Assembly: GCA_051453625.1 (NCBI GenBank)
Contig: JBOZIK010000001.1
Location: 6,721,103-6,756,080, forward strand
Length of the DNA: 34,978 nt
Direction: 5' to 3'
Source: Welwitschia mirabilis
Lineage: Eukaryota
The notes beneath the pieces were generated by a model. That model saw only the letters and a list, made by a program, of their open reading frames with translations, made no database searches and was not told the DNA's origin. Shown here piece by piece: positions 23,050-34,978 of the stretch. The position numbers and the translations under genes are program-made. Every line of letters starts with the position of its first letter. Within the stretch, counting starts at the first letter, position 1.

Positions 23050-26000
23050 ATAGGGTTAAAACTAAGCTAAAGCAAACACATGACCTTAGGAGAGGGACAC
23101 TAATCTAATACATATGCCCTATGAACATTAATCATTAAGCTAAACTACACCAAAAGTCAAAGCAGACTTAATCTTACATAAATAAAGCATGACAAGCTAG
23201 CAAAAATGAAGGCATATTTAGCCAGCTGTTATGCTCCAACCTTGTTAACTAGGCTAGAGGTAAAGACAATGCAAAACCTCCATGAGAGAAAAACCACATC
23301 AAGGTCATTGCTTCATGTAGAAGAATTGATGCTTTTATTAGAGAAGTGTTCCACAATTAAGAGGATGAAATAAATGATCCATAGGGTATCCATTATGTAA
23401 ATTGGAGTTTGTGGATTCAAAAGTGATTTCTTATCTCTTCTAGCTATCCATGAATAGAATCAAACAAGGGATAAATCTATGGCAAATAAACCTCTTTCAT
23501 ATTTTTTCATTACTAGAAAAGATGTGTGTTGAGTGCAATTTAGATATGATTTCTTGAAGTTCAATTTTAGTTCCTTCATCAAAACTATTTATGTACTATA
23601 ATCCATTGTTTCTACATTAATAAAATATGGTTCTATATACTCTATATTATTAAATAATTATCATGAAAGATTTTTTTTATTTATATTAATCCAAATGGCA
23701 TAAAGAATGGCATCAAAGAATGTTATCTAAACCATTTTGTATCTCATGATTCTCAGCGCTAGCTCTTTTCATAATTGAAACTTAACATTGATATGATGCT
23801 AATATATTTAGTAAAGATTATAAGAGATTTGAATCCTTTTCAAATTGGATTTGCCATGAAGAAATGGAAGAAAATATGGCTAACTATTTCTTCTTTTCCA
23901 TCACCAAAAGGGGATTAAGTATCAGTATAGTCATGCATCTAAGGAATGATTTGGTAAAGGGGTGATCTTATCTTGCTTTTAAATGGAATAAAAATATCTT
24001 TAGAAGTAACTTTATCTTGCTTAAGTCCATGATTCTCTAATTAGAATTACTTTCTTTTATGATATTATTGTATAGGTAGCTAACTCGAACATCACAACAT
24101 GAATGAAGATAGATCATTGTTTCATATCCATGCTTTGATTGCCTTGATGATTTTTCAAAAAGAAGAAGTATTCATAACGATTAGATTATCTCTAAGTTGC
24201 ATATTACCATACAAATACTTTTGTTTAACACATTTAACCCACTTCTTTTCTTAATTATGAATAATTTTTCAATGCAAGTTTGTAATCATAGTTATATTTA
24301 GTCACTTAATCCACTATATGCCTGGTCATCTTTACTAAGAATATTGCAAATTGCCTCCTAAGAGAAATAATGAAGCTTTATTATTAAGTGATCACGGTTC
24401 CACAAAAAAGTTTGATCAGGTTTTGTAATGTAATTAAGGAGGGATGTTGGGGTTTTGAAACATGCCATTATATAGTTTGATATAGCATGCATATAACTCT
24501 TAGTAAGTTGAATGCAACCTACTGGGATTAAGTGTTTAAAGATACAACTAAAAAGACATTCTAGATTTTCAATGATTCCATGCTATTGTTGTTTGATCAC
24601 GCATCCTTTAAATAGAGGAAATTGAAGATACTTTAATGAAAAAAATCTATCTACGCAATCAAATAAATTGCTACACTCTAAAACATGAGATCCTTCCATG
24701 CTTATGATAAACATATGGATCTTTCAAAAATTCATATTAATATCAAAAGCTTGAATGAACTAGTGAATCGCATTTTGAGCTATCTAAATGCTCTGTTCTA
24801 CATCCTTGAATATGATAATTGTATTATTAATGAGTCAGTACATTAGTTATTGCTTACAACTATAAGCAACAGTGATGTCCTTTCCTAATCTACATCCTTG
24901 TTAATTAGGAATCAGGCTACTTGGTCCTTTTATGGCCATGATGAATAAAAAGGAGTAGAGGAAACAACCTTGTCTTGTTACATTCATGGCAACGAATCAT
25001 CCATCAACTTTCTTATTAATCAACAAATAGTTGAAAGCACCCTTATACATAGTGGCCATTTCATATATCTAGTTGTCATGAAATCAAACTTTTCCCAAGA
25101 TTGCATTCATAAAATGCTAATAAATGGAATCAAATGCTTTAGTTATGTCTAGATTAAAGATAATAGGATCATAATTTTAGTGATTTGTAGAATGAAGTGG
25201 TTCATGAAGTAATATTGCTTAATTAATTATGTCATTCCTTCACAAATCCTACTTGGTTAGGATATATGATGTTATTTAAAAAGGTTAAAATTCCGTCTAT
25301 CATGAATTTGGAAATAATCTTACAAATAGTAATATAGAGACTTGTTGTTTAATAATCTTTATGCCTCAATGCATTTTCAATCTTTGGAAGTAGAAATATT
25401 AATATATCATGGAAACTTTTAGCAATTGAATTTGTCCACCAAAATTTAAAGACCATTACTATGATGTCATCCTTAAGAATATTCTAGAAATTCTTGGAAA
25501 TGTCTATAATAAAACCATCTACCTCTGAACTGAAATTATTTTTCATTCTCAAAAGGCAATCCTTAATTTTTTACTCATCTAAAGAATGATTAAGAAATCA
25601 ACTATTATCAAAGGAGAGCTCTCTATAAATGGTATTCAGTACCTGATCAGTCATGTCCAATTGCATAGATCTATTTCTTACAACAATATTTAGATAAGAA
25701 TTGTGGAATTCTTAACTTACCCTTTACTTATCATAGATGAATTTTTCTTTTTCATCATAATCACAATGTATTATGGATTAAAATTCCCTTAAAAAATGCA
25801 TATGTATGAAAAAGACCAAGTACTCTCATCATTGAATTACATTTAGGTAATATTTGCTCATTGGAACCAATATCTTCTTTCCCAAGATTGGATGGTGAAA
25901 TACTCCTTAAAAATACCTCACTCTTTTCACTTGTTTTTCTTTGAATAATTGATCTTTAGAGCACCTTGAACTCCAGATATTTCCTTTATACATTGTTCTT

Positions 26001-26050
26001 TTCTCTACTTCTAGTTCGACTAGTGTTTTAAGTGTAATTCTCTCAAATTT
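23050..26050 (-). mobile_element. Decayed L1-type LINE ORF2 (RT, zf-RVT-like and RNase H-like tail)
   Basis: On -: PNQVGFVKE (~25250), LDITKAFDSIY*HF (~25140), RQGCFLYSFLF (~24965, cf. RQGCPLSPFLF) and FLWN (~24400). The 3' cysteine-motif and RNase H-like parts are weaker. Ends are approximate. Confidence 0.8.
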
Positions 26051-26572
26051 CGTAACATTCTTAAGCTTTTGAAAGATCCTAAATATTAAATATAAAAATA
26101 TTAAGGTAGATAAAATGACGGAAATAATAATACATAGAAAAAGGATGCATAATTAAAATAATATCAAGAAAATAAATATCTTCCTTTTATTTATATTTAA
26201 AAAGATAATCATTACAATTTTGAATGGTCTTTATCAAGGAGGGTGGTCAAGCTTGATAGACTAGCTATAAGGATCTACCCTTTAGTTTTTTTTTTTTTTT
26301 GGCCCCTTTCTTCTTCTTCTTATTTTCTTTTCTTGGTAAGACTTCTAAGGGGCTAGTTTAATTTTGTTAAAAACTATAACCAACCTCTTTGTATCCCATG
26401 CCTTGACTCGAACATCCTTTTACTAAAGGTTGCTAATTATAATTATATCTCTCTGTAGGAGTAATACCCTTTAAATGGATGGTGAATTCATAATAACTTA
26501 TTTATTATACACATCATTTAATTGGCATTTAATACATTTACTTATAATAAGAACATAATAACTCATTGATAA

Positions 26573-27270
26573 TCTCTTAACTAAATAAAATTTACATTTA
26601 TTTAGTTACCTCTTAGTGATAGGTTTTAATGACACAGGAAAGAGTCCCCTTTATAGGATTGTCATTCGACCTTAAGACACTTGCTCTTTTATTACTGTGA
26701 AGTTATTTACAAATCAAGCATCCATTGTAACCTCCTATTTTTCATTCATATAATATTTTATCTTTGTATAGGCTTCTTGTAAAGTCTTAGATTGAGTGAA
26801 TAAACTAACTCTCTCAATCTCCATGGAAGGGTTCTAATGAAGGGTTTATATAAGCTTCTTGTGCCTAATTGAAGACACTTGAGCTGTATTTATTTATCTT
26901 TAACATAGTTATCAGGAATGAATGCCTTTTAATACTCTTTAACAAGTTGTTTCACTCACCTCATTTATGCATTCTCAAACAGTAAATTTTCTATGATGCA
27001 GTCGCATCACATGTAAAATACTATGATGTATATATTGTAGTTAGTATTTCAAAATTCTTAAGTAAAAAATGGTTTTCAATACATTATAATCGTTACTGTG
27101 ATTCTTTACACAATGTCAAAGCTCCTAAATACATATATACTTTTAGAAATGTCATTCCTCATTAAACTAAATTCTTGTCTATCCGAGATTTGGATTTGAT
27201 CTTCACATTATCATATTTATCATTGGATGTCTTCGATAACTTGAGTTTCCATTAAAGTGTGAGTAGGAAG
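26573..27270 (-). repeat. Copy 1 of a ~0.7-kb direct repeat, decayed Gypsy gag-like sequence
   Basis: Aligns with 27736-28423 at an offset of 1163 bp. Fragments on - (FIRTLPWRLRELVYSL, KTLQEAYTK, VKEY.KAF) resemble retrotransposon gag. The duplication is certain and the gag identity tentative. Confidence 0.7.
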
Positions 27271-27735
27271 TCACTCTGGAGTTGTGATTCCCTCATTTTA
27301 AGACTAAATAAACTCTTAGATTTTTACTTGTAGGGCTTGAATGAGTTGTTTTCATAACCTTTCTTTTAAGATCCATAGGCTAGAGTTAAAATTTTTATTT
27401 TGTTATTACTAAGACACTTCAACTTTTATCTAATTAGCTTACTTTGTAGGATGACATGTCTTAATTCTTCACTAAGGGCATTAACATGGTTATTCATATG
27501 ATCTTTCATGTCTTACAAGAATACACATCATTGAGGTGTTGTATCTATCCATGGGCCTTCTGTCTCTTATTTATAGAGTCTAGATTAGATACATAATTGT
27601 TTCTTACTACAAACTATCTCAACCATTCATAACTATCTTTTTTATTAATTAGAAAATAGTTTTCAAAAATAAATTAATTATCACATTTCTTTTAAAATGA
27701 CTAAACATCTAAAGATGCATACTTTGATCCTGTTG

Positions 27736-28423
27736 TCTCTTAATTAAATAAACTTTACATTTATTTAGTTGTCTCTTAGTGATAGGTTTCATGACAGGTG
27801 GAAGAGTCCCCTTCGTAGGATTGTCATTCAACCTTAGACACTTCATTACTATGGAGTTTAAAAATTAAGCATCCATTATAACCCCCTATTATACATTTAT
27901 ATAATATTTTGTCTTTGTATAAGCTTTTTATAAAGGCTTATGTCTAAGTGGATAAACTAAGTCTTTCAATCTTAATGGAAGGGTTTTAATGAAAGGTTTA
28001 TATAAGCTCCTTGTGCCTAATTGAAGACACTTGAGCTATATTTATTTATCTTTAACATGGTTAGCAGGAATGAATGCCTTTTAATACTCTTCAACAAAGT
28101 TGTTTCACTCACCTTATTCATGCATTCTCAAACATTAAATTTTCTACCATGTAGTTGCATCACATGTAAAATACTATGGCATATATATTGGAGTTAGTAT
28201 TTTAACATTCTTAAGTCAAAAATGTTTTTCAGTACATTATAACCATTACAATGATTCTTTACACAATGTCAAATCTCCTAAATACATATATACTTTTAGA
28301 AGTGTCATTCCTCATTAAAGTAAATTCTTATCTATCTGAGCTTTGAATTGGATCTTCACACTGTCATATTTATTATTGGAGGTCTTCAATATATTGAGTT
28401 TCCATTAAAGTATGAGTATAAAG
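27736..28423 (-). repeat. Copy 2 of the direct repeat, cut by the Sirevirus LTR at 28424
   Basis: Homology to copy 1 runs to ccattaaagtatgagtataaag and then switches abruptly to LTR sequence. Confidence 0.75.
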
Positions 28424-28945
28424 TAATAGGATCGAGAACCCAGGGGTGGGGGGTTTTGAATATGTTCTTAAAAATTACAATAAAGTATTCTAAACGAATA
28501 TAAGATATATTAAAAACTTGTACAAAATAATTCACTAATTCAAAACGTGCATGAAAAGAAAAGCTAACAGAAGTAAAGAAATAAACTAACTAAAAGCACA
28601 AAATNNNNNNNNNNNNNNNNNNNNNNNNNNNNNNNNNNNNNNNNNNNNNNNNNNNNNNNNNNNNNNNNNNNNNNNNNNNNNNNNNNNNNNNNNNNNNNNN
28701 NNNNAAGTAAAGAAATAAACTAACTAAAAGCACAAAATACCAAGTAGATGCACATAGGATTTATAGTGGTTTGGGAAACCCCCTACTCCACTCTTGACCA
28801 TCAGCTTATTACCAAGCTTGATCTAGATCTCTGTTACTCCACCAGGTATTTTAGATTCACCTGTAACCTTTACAAATAGACTTTTCCAGGCTTAGTCTCA
28901 ACCTTTGAATGGACTTTTTCAGGCTTAGTCTCAACCTTTGAATGG
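28424..28945 (-). repeat. Partial LTR of the left unit, running into a gap
   Basis: Homologous to 29665 onwards, including the start of the 33-bp repeat array. Confidence 0.88.
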
Positions 28946-29045
28946 NNNNNNNNNNNNNNNNNNNNNNNNNNNNNNNNNNNNNNNNNNNNNNNNNNNNNNN
29001 NNNNNNNNNNNNNNNNNNNNNNNNNNNNNNNNNNNNNNNNNNNNN

Positions 29046-29590
29046 AATCTCTTAGGGAGAGATCTCAAAACCTTCCTCATTACTTTTCCTTCATTGAAGC
29101 ATTCTCTAAGGCTTGCCATAAAGTTTACGATATCAGTGAGTCTAGTAAAGAATTCTTGCAAGATCTCCTCTTTGTCCATATGGAAGTTTTCAAATTTTGA
29201 AATAAGCATTTGATGTTTTACTTGCTTTACAGTTGAGGTTCCTTCGTGTGCTACTTCAAGAATGTCCTAAGCTTCTTTAGCCTGATTATAGTTCACTATG
29301 CATTTAAACTCATTTGCACAAACTGCACAAAATATGGCATTAAGAGCATGGACATCTATGATGGATTTTGACGTGTCAGTGAAGGTCCATTGATCTTGGA
29401 CTTCGGAAACTAAGATAGTATTACTATGGGCATCAATTTGAGTTGACATAGGCATAGAATAACCTTTATAAATGATTTCCTTTATATTAGCATCTAAATA
29501 TCTAAGAAATATTCTCATTCTGGCTTTTTAGTAAGCATAGTTTAATCCATCAAACATGGATGAAAGACTAGTGGAAAAATCATAAGATGG
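29046..29590 (-). pseudogene. Copia gag N-terminal fragment (left unit)
   Basis: SMFDGLNYAY*KARMRIFLRYLD...LNAIFCAV...LEVAHEGTSTVK...KFENFHM...KVMRKVLRSLPKR (UBN2-like gag). Confidence 0.9.
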
Positions 29591-29651
29591 ATTACTTATT
29601 ATAAGGTTCTAAGCTCTAAATCAGTTAAAATCTAAAGAAGGCTTAATTTAT

Positions 29652-29662
29652 TTCTGATATCA
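29652..29662 (-). promoter_or_regulatory. Degenerate tRNA-Met PBS
   Basis: The - strand reads TGATATCAGAA against the consensus TGGTATCAGAG, 2 bp from the LTR end. Confidence 0.75.
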
Positions 29663-29664
29663 AT

Positions 29665-31289
29665 TGATAAGATCAAGAACTATAAGGGGTGAATAGGTTC
29701 TTTAAAAATTACAATAATGTATTTTAAACAAATAAAAAATATATCAAAAACTTGTACAAAATAATTCACTAATTTAAAATGTGCATGAAAAGAAAAGCTA
29801 ATCAGAAGTAAAGGAATGAACTAATTAAAAGATAAAATACCAAATAGATGCATGCAGGACTTATAGTGGTTCAGGAAATCCCCTACTCCACTCTCGACGA
29901 TTATCTTATCATCAAGCTTAATCTGGGTCTTCGTTACTCCACTAGGTATTCCAAGTTTACATGTAACCTTTACAAGTGAACTTTTCTAGGCTTAGTCTCA
30001 ATCTTTGAATGGACTTTTTTAGGCTTAGTCTCAACCTTTGAATGGACTTTTCAAGGCTTAGTCTCAACCTTTGAATGGACTTTTTCAGGCTTAGTCTCAA
30101 CCTTTGAATGGACTTTTCAAGGCTTAGTCTCAACCTTTCACAATGTAGAATAGTGATGCAATGATGCAAATATGCACGAATATCACTCGTTCTTGATATA
30201 GTAGATTTGTTGGATCTCTTCTCCTGTAGATGTACAACAAATGAAGTACTAGATCTAACCTTGAATGTAGAGATAGTACAGATAATAGATCTTCCTTAGT
30301 CAGAAGTACAAATGCCAAGACTCAATAGTAAATATCTCAAGATTACAGTGCTAATTCCTTAGATCCAAAAGATTAACTAGATTGAAAAAGGTTTCAAAAG
30401 GCTCTTTTGTCATCTATCTGTTAGCTATTTATATTAGAATGCTTTTAGGGTTTATTACATTTGAAAATGTGCTTTTAATGGCTATAAATGACTAGAAAAC
30501 AACTATCTAACAGATACATAACAGATAGAAAATTTTAGTTCAGTTTCTCCCGGTCGACCCTTAAAAGTTTGGTACACCATCTGGTGTCATGACTTACATA
30601 TGTCACTCACAATTTCTTATGGCTTCATGTCTGGTTGACTCATCTAGGTCTAGTCGACCTTAGTCTAGTCACCCACTATAAAATCTGGTCACCCGCCTGT
30701 CCTGATAAAGACCTTTCCAATTTCCAGCACCAGGTTCGGTCGACCTCTTCAAGTGCCTGGCTGACCCAAGATGATCGACTTAAGAGTATCAGTTGCATAG
30801 TGTCTAGTCGACCCTATCATAGATCTGGTCGACCCCTTGACAATTGGTTCAGGAGTACTGTTCCTTAGTCCACAGATTTGGTCAATTCCATCATAGGTCT
30901 AGTCAACCCCTTGTGATTTAGTCTAGGGATACTGTTTATCAGGTTCTCAAATTCAATCGATCCCATAAATGTCTGGTTGACCCCTTGCCATTTAGTTCAG
31001 GAACACTGACTCTAAGGTTATATGTCTGGTTAACTCCATTAGAAATCCAGTTAACCCTTGAATTTAATTCATTTTTTGAGTGTCTGCTTCAGGTGCGGTC
31101 AACCCTTTGAAAGTCCGGTTGACCACTTAAGAGGGTAAATGAACTTGACAGATTTCTAGTGCTTAGAAGTTGATGTTTTTAATTTTGTCTTTATATTTGT
31201 AAGTAATTAACATCTTCTGCACAAGATACACAAAATTTTCTATACAAAAAACATTAGTTTGATATCAATTGGCAAAACATAATCTAGAA
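29665..31289 (-). repeat. Central LTR (~1.62 kb), with a PBS on one side and a PPT on the other
   Basis: TG at 29665, the Sirevirus motif ggggtgaatagg at ~29686, a GGTCGACC palindrome cluster at 30550-31125, and an end next to tctcccct (PPT complement) at 31291. Confidence 0.85.
29978..30138. repeat. 33-bp minisatellite, ~5 copies, inside the LTR
   Basis: Unit aggcttagtctcaacctttgaatggactttttc. It produces the RLRLSLEKSIQ repeat in the ORF track. Confidence 0.95.
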
Positions 31290-31290
31290 A

Positions 31291-31875
31291 TCTCCCCTGT
31301 TGACATTGATGGCAAACAATACTTAGTTGTGAAAATATTTAGGACTTAGAAAAGGTCCCACTCAAAAAATGCGTATTATTATTTTACAAAACATTACACC
31401 TTTTGAAACTAAGTTAAGGCATTTTGAATATTCAAATTTTGTGCTTAAAATGAAACAATTTTAGTATGCATAATTGAAGGTTTAAGAGCACATATTTTAT
31501 GAAAATCATAATGTGATCATATAAACCATTTAACATTTTGATCAGTTGTCACATTTTAGAATTCATTTTTAAAATTAGACATCAACATTTAAATTTATGA
31601 AATAACTATTTAAAACTTTAAAATTGTAAGTTAAGCATGTGTGATACCGATGGAAAAACATGTTAAGCATATATGATTTGCGTAAGCACAAAAAGATTTG
31701 AGATACCAATTTAAGACACTTTAGAGCATAAGAATGAAGTGCAAGTAGATTCCATTAAACATATGTAAACATTACAAAATAAAATTACACATCAAGAGCA
31801 TGCTACATCAGAAATCATAAGAAAAGATCCAATAATAACTAATTGATTCTCCCCATTTTAACATTAATGACAAAG
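31291..31875 (-). promoter_or_regulatory. Multiple polypurine tracts (Sirevirus signature)
   Basis: tctcccctgttgacattgatggcaaa (31291) and tctccccattttaacattaatgacaaa (~31848) share the same GGGGAGA-ending motif on -. Confidence 0.75.
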
Positions 31876-31949
31876 GAGAGAACAAAAACACATAAGCAAA
31901 ACATAATTTGAAGCTTCTAATAAGATTCCTTTTCCTCCTCCTCTTCTTC

Positions 31950-32960
31950 TTAAGAGTCTTCCTTTGAATCTTCTTCATCTTCTCCCATGCGTGCTGAACT
32001 GGTTACCTCTGTTAAAGTATTAGTAATATCATATCTAACTACTATAAGTGCTTCCTTTATGTGTTTGGTATGGGACTCTATCCATCTCAGATATGAAAGA
32101 GTCTCATCAAGAGAGGTTTCCTTTGAAGAGGCTGACTTTGAAAATTTCTTAAAGGGGGGAAAAGATGTGCATATGAGATAAAGTTGCATGTCCAATGGTG
32201 TCATAGTCTGGAGGGTTTTAAGTTTTGGATGGAAAGTTACCCAAAAATGACGACATAACTTTGTGATAAGCATAGAGTAGGGTAATGTCCTAGTCCTATG
32301 ATACTCTAACTGAGAGACCATATTCTTTAGTATAATGGCAGGAGCATTAATAGAATGCTCTATCCCTACCAAATATATCAGATAGGCTCTATAACTGGAG
32401 GCCTTATCATGATTCCCAGCTAAAGGTAAGAAATTATATGTAAAAATCACGTGAAGAAAGTGGTACTTTGGTGTTAACAAAGAAGTAGAAAGAGCGTGTT
32501 TCTAAGAGTGAACCTTATCACAAATATCCCTGGTAACAACAGGCTTATCTTCCATGATGTTTCAAAGAGGCCAAAACTCTTCATAATTACCTCTGGGAAG
32601 ATCAGTCAGATCAGAAATGAGATTTGCAGTTACTCTTAACCACTTTCCCAGAACAAGGGTTTCAAGGGTTCCTAAATCTCGATAGTAAGAAGCATTATAT
32701 TAAAACATGTGAGTAAGAAATGGATAAGTAGAGCTATAAACATCTAAAAAATAATCAATATTCTGATTCCTCAGGAGCTAAATGATATCCCTGAGCTCTT
32801 TAAACTCTGAGGTTTCCATAGATCTTTCTTAGCACACTAGCTTTTCCTCGAACATCTCTAAGAACTTGTCAACATCTTTCTTAGACATCCCATAGTAGAA
32901 AAGAGTAGGATCTCTTAAAGAATCTTCCTTAACTCTTCTCTTGGACGAGCTTTCAGTCAT
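31950..32960 (-). pseudogene. Env-like extra ORF of the Sirevirus unit (plant transposon protein-like), with in-frame stops
   Basis: ATG at 32960: MTESSSKRRVKEDSLRD...STYPFLTHMF*YNA...ETLVLGKWLRVTANLISDL, continuing into ORF 31950-32480 (HVIFTYNFLP, LPYSMLITKLCRHF, acidic tail). It sits between pol and the PPT. Confidence 0.75.
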
Positions 32961-33494
32961 TCCTAAGAACCTGGAAGCAAGAAATATGAAGGAAAAACAC
33001 TAGATCTGAGAGCAAAGCTCTGGATCTAGAAGAAAAACCTCTAGATATGAGAGATGGAGAAGGCTAGAACACAAGGAAATTGATTTAGGGATCTATTTCT
33101 TTTATAAACAAGGTAAAATAAAGAAAGAAATCGGGTCCACTGATGATACTTCTGCACTGTGATCCATCAGGTCTGGTCGACTACTTGAGATTCTGATCGA
33201 CTCGTTGAGACACAGGTCTATAGTAGAGGAAGGGTTTGGGCGACCGAGCTTTCAGACCAGTAAACTAATCACATTCGATCAACCAACTCATAGATCCAGT
33301 TGACCGCCCTGCAATCAGCTAAAGGATGGCGAGTAAACCAGTTCATTTTTGTGATTGACAAGTAAATTCTAGAAATGAGGTGTTACTTCAGAGTTTTCTA
33401 GAAAATGTTCAGATCTACCAAAATTTAAGATAATATTTCTATTTTTTATATCATAATTCATATGATTTAACTGATCAATCAAATAAGTATTTCT

Positions 33495-34978
33495 TCTATA
33501 AATATTATCTACTCATTTTGCAATAAAGATAATAACATTTGTTTTCACATCTACGATTTCACATTTCGAGTTTTCAAAAATTATTTTGTGACCTTTGTCA
33601 CAGAATTGAGTAATACTCAATAAGTTATGTTTTAAACCATTCACATAAAGCACATCATCAGGTTTAGGTAACTTACCTCCTTTGATTCATCTGCTACCTT
33701 CTATTTTTACCTTTTCATTGTTTTCAAAAATGATCTCTCCCACATAAATGCTCTTTAGGTATTGAAAATTTGATCTTTCTCTAGTCACATGCTTTAAGCA
33801 TCCACTGTCTAGATACCAACTGTTCATACTTGATCCTTTAAGAGCTATTTGTGTTAGAAACCTTTTGAGATTATTAGCTTTTATCCACTTAGTCTTGTTA
33901 GACTTAGGTGGTACACTTCTTTGAGCAATAAATTTGAATGGTGAATAATTTATAGAATCTGAGAAAAACATTAATTGTCTAATCTTGCAAAAAATCTTTG
34001 AATGATTAAATTTACCACAAAAGTTACATGAAAGTTTAGAAATATACTTACACTGCCTATTTACCTGTTCTTGTGAATTTTGTGAGCTAAAACCAATACC
34101 TAATTTGTCTCCAGTAGGTTTTGCACTCTAAGCATCTGTTCCAATTTAGACAAACCACTAGAAAATTTATTTACAAATAAGGATAGATCTTTTACTTGTG
34201 ATAGTAGATTGGTGTTATTAGATTTTAGCACATTGTACTTCATTTCCATTTCCTCCTTCTCTTTGGTGAGAGTCTTCACTACTTTGTTCAGATTGTTTAT
34301 TCTTTTAGCTAGCTTTTCACACTTATCATATAGCTCCTGACATGTGTCTTCTAACCCATCCTATTCTTTATTAACCATGTCCAAATCATCAGGCTCTAAC
34401 GTGCTAGGTAATTTTTTGAGGAAATGCATAATCTCCATGAAAGATAACCCTCTATCTCTGTCTAATTCTTGATCTGAATAGCTGTCATCATCATCATCAT
34501 AATCCCATGTGACAATAAAAGAGGGATTCTTTGTTTTCCTGTTATCTCTTCTTGTGTTGGGACAATCATTTGCCATATGACCAAATCCTTTGTATAAGTA
34601 GCATTAGATTTCTATACCTTTTTCTTGCTCCTTTCAGATGACTCCTTTTTGTGTTTCTACTTGATTCTCCTTCCTTTTTCTTCCTATGTAGAAACTTCCT
34701 AAACCTTATGGTTAGAAGAGCCACTTCATTATCGTCTAAGTCCTCATCTAATCTTTCAGATCTGTAGTCTTCCTAAACACATTTTAAAGCAATACCTTTC
34801 TTCTTATCTTTAACAAATTTAAATTTGTAGGTTTGCAAAATACCTTGTAGTTCTTCCAGTGCCATTGCATATATGTTTTTGCTCTCCTCTATGGTTGTGA
34901 CCTTTGGTTTGAATCTCTTAGGTAGAGATCTCAAAAGTTTCCTTACCATCTTTCCTTCATCCAAGCATTCTCCAAGGC
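33495..34978 (-). pseudogene. Copia gag C-terminus plus protease; pol ends before integrase
   Basis: KLLRSLPKRFKPKVTTIEESK, knuckles CYLYKGFGHMANDC and CNFCGKFNH, protease WYLDSGCLKHVT, VLYVNGLKHNLLSITQFCDKG...DNIY, then non-coding sequence. Confidence 0.9.

Larger units (their letters stand above)
28424..34978 (-). mobile_element. Tandem Sirevirus-like Copia units sharing a central LTR; the visible unit is non-autonomous
   Basis: Order on +: LTR (28424-), gap, gag N-terminus, PBS, LTR (29665-31289), PPTs, env-like ORF, protease, gag. The gag sequence at 29046-29112 matches 34912-34978. Confidence 0.85.

Noticed and set aside
26286..26420. Poly-T run plus B-box-like GTTCGAGTC on -, a possible SINE or tRNA
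   Set aside because: No convincing A-box, cloverleaf or TSD.
28571..28738. 34-bp exact repeat either side of the 28605-28704 gap
   Set aside because: It is single-copy in the homologous LTR (~29806-29840), so it is a contig-overlap artefact.
29957..30169. Repeat protein ORF (RLRLSLEKSIQ)n, or a CRISPR-like array
   Set aside because: It is a translation of a 33-bp LTR minisatellite. The units are contiguous with no unique spacers, and there are no cas genes.

Overview
AT-rich, transposon-dense, plant-like nuclear DNA with six N-gaps (3275-3716, 3965-4787, 6649-7501, 12475-12574, 28605-28704, 28946-29045). I found no intact host gene, RNA gene or CRISPR array. From left to right the window holds: (1) a decayed Athila-like Ty3/Gypsy element on + (protease-RT-RNaseH-integrase, extra 3' ORF, PPT, 3' LTR; 1-10238); (2) an inverted-repeat-bounded, LTR-like segment (11643-13216) that cuts off the next element; (3) a Sirevirus-type Ty1/Copia on - (13217-18901) with a nested ~865-bp insertion; (4) L1-type LINE relics on - (~18950-19750 and ~23050-26050); (5) between those relics, an unexplained ~1.8-kb island that keeps its CpGs and has no TE motifs (~19950-21750); (6) a direct duplication of a decayed gag-like segment, offset 1163 bp; (7) a head-to-tail pair of Sirevirus-like units sharing one LTR (28424-34978), where the fully visible internal region lacks integrase, RT and RNaseH but keeps gag, protease and an env-like ORF. 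The CpG island and the tandem non-autonomous Sirevirus are the best leads. I cannot show a new biological system from the sequence alone. All family assignments come from motifs read by eye, not from database searches.
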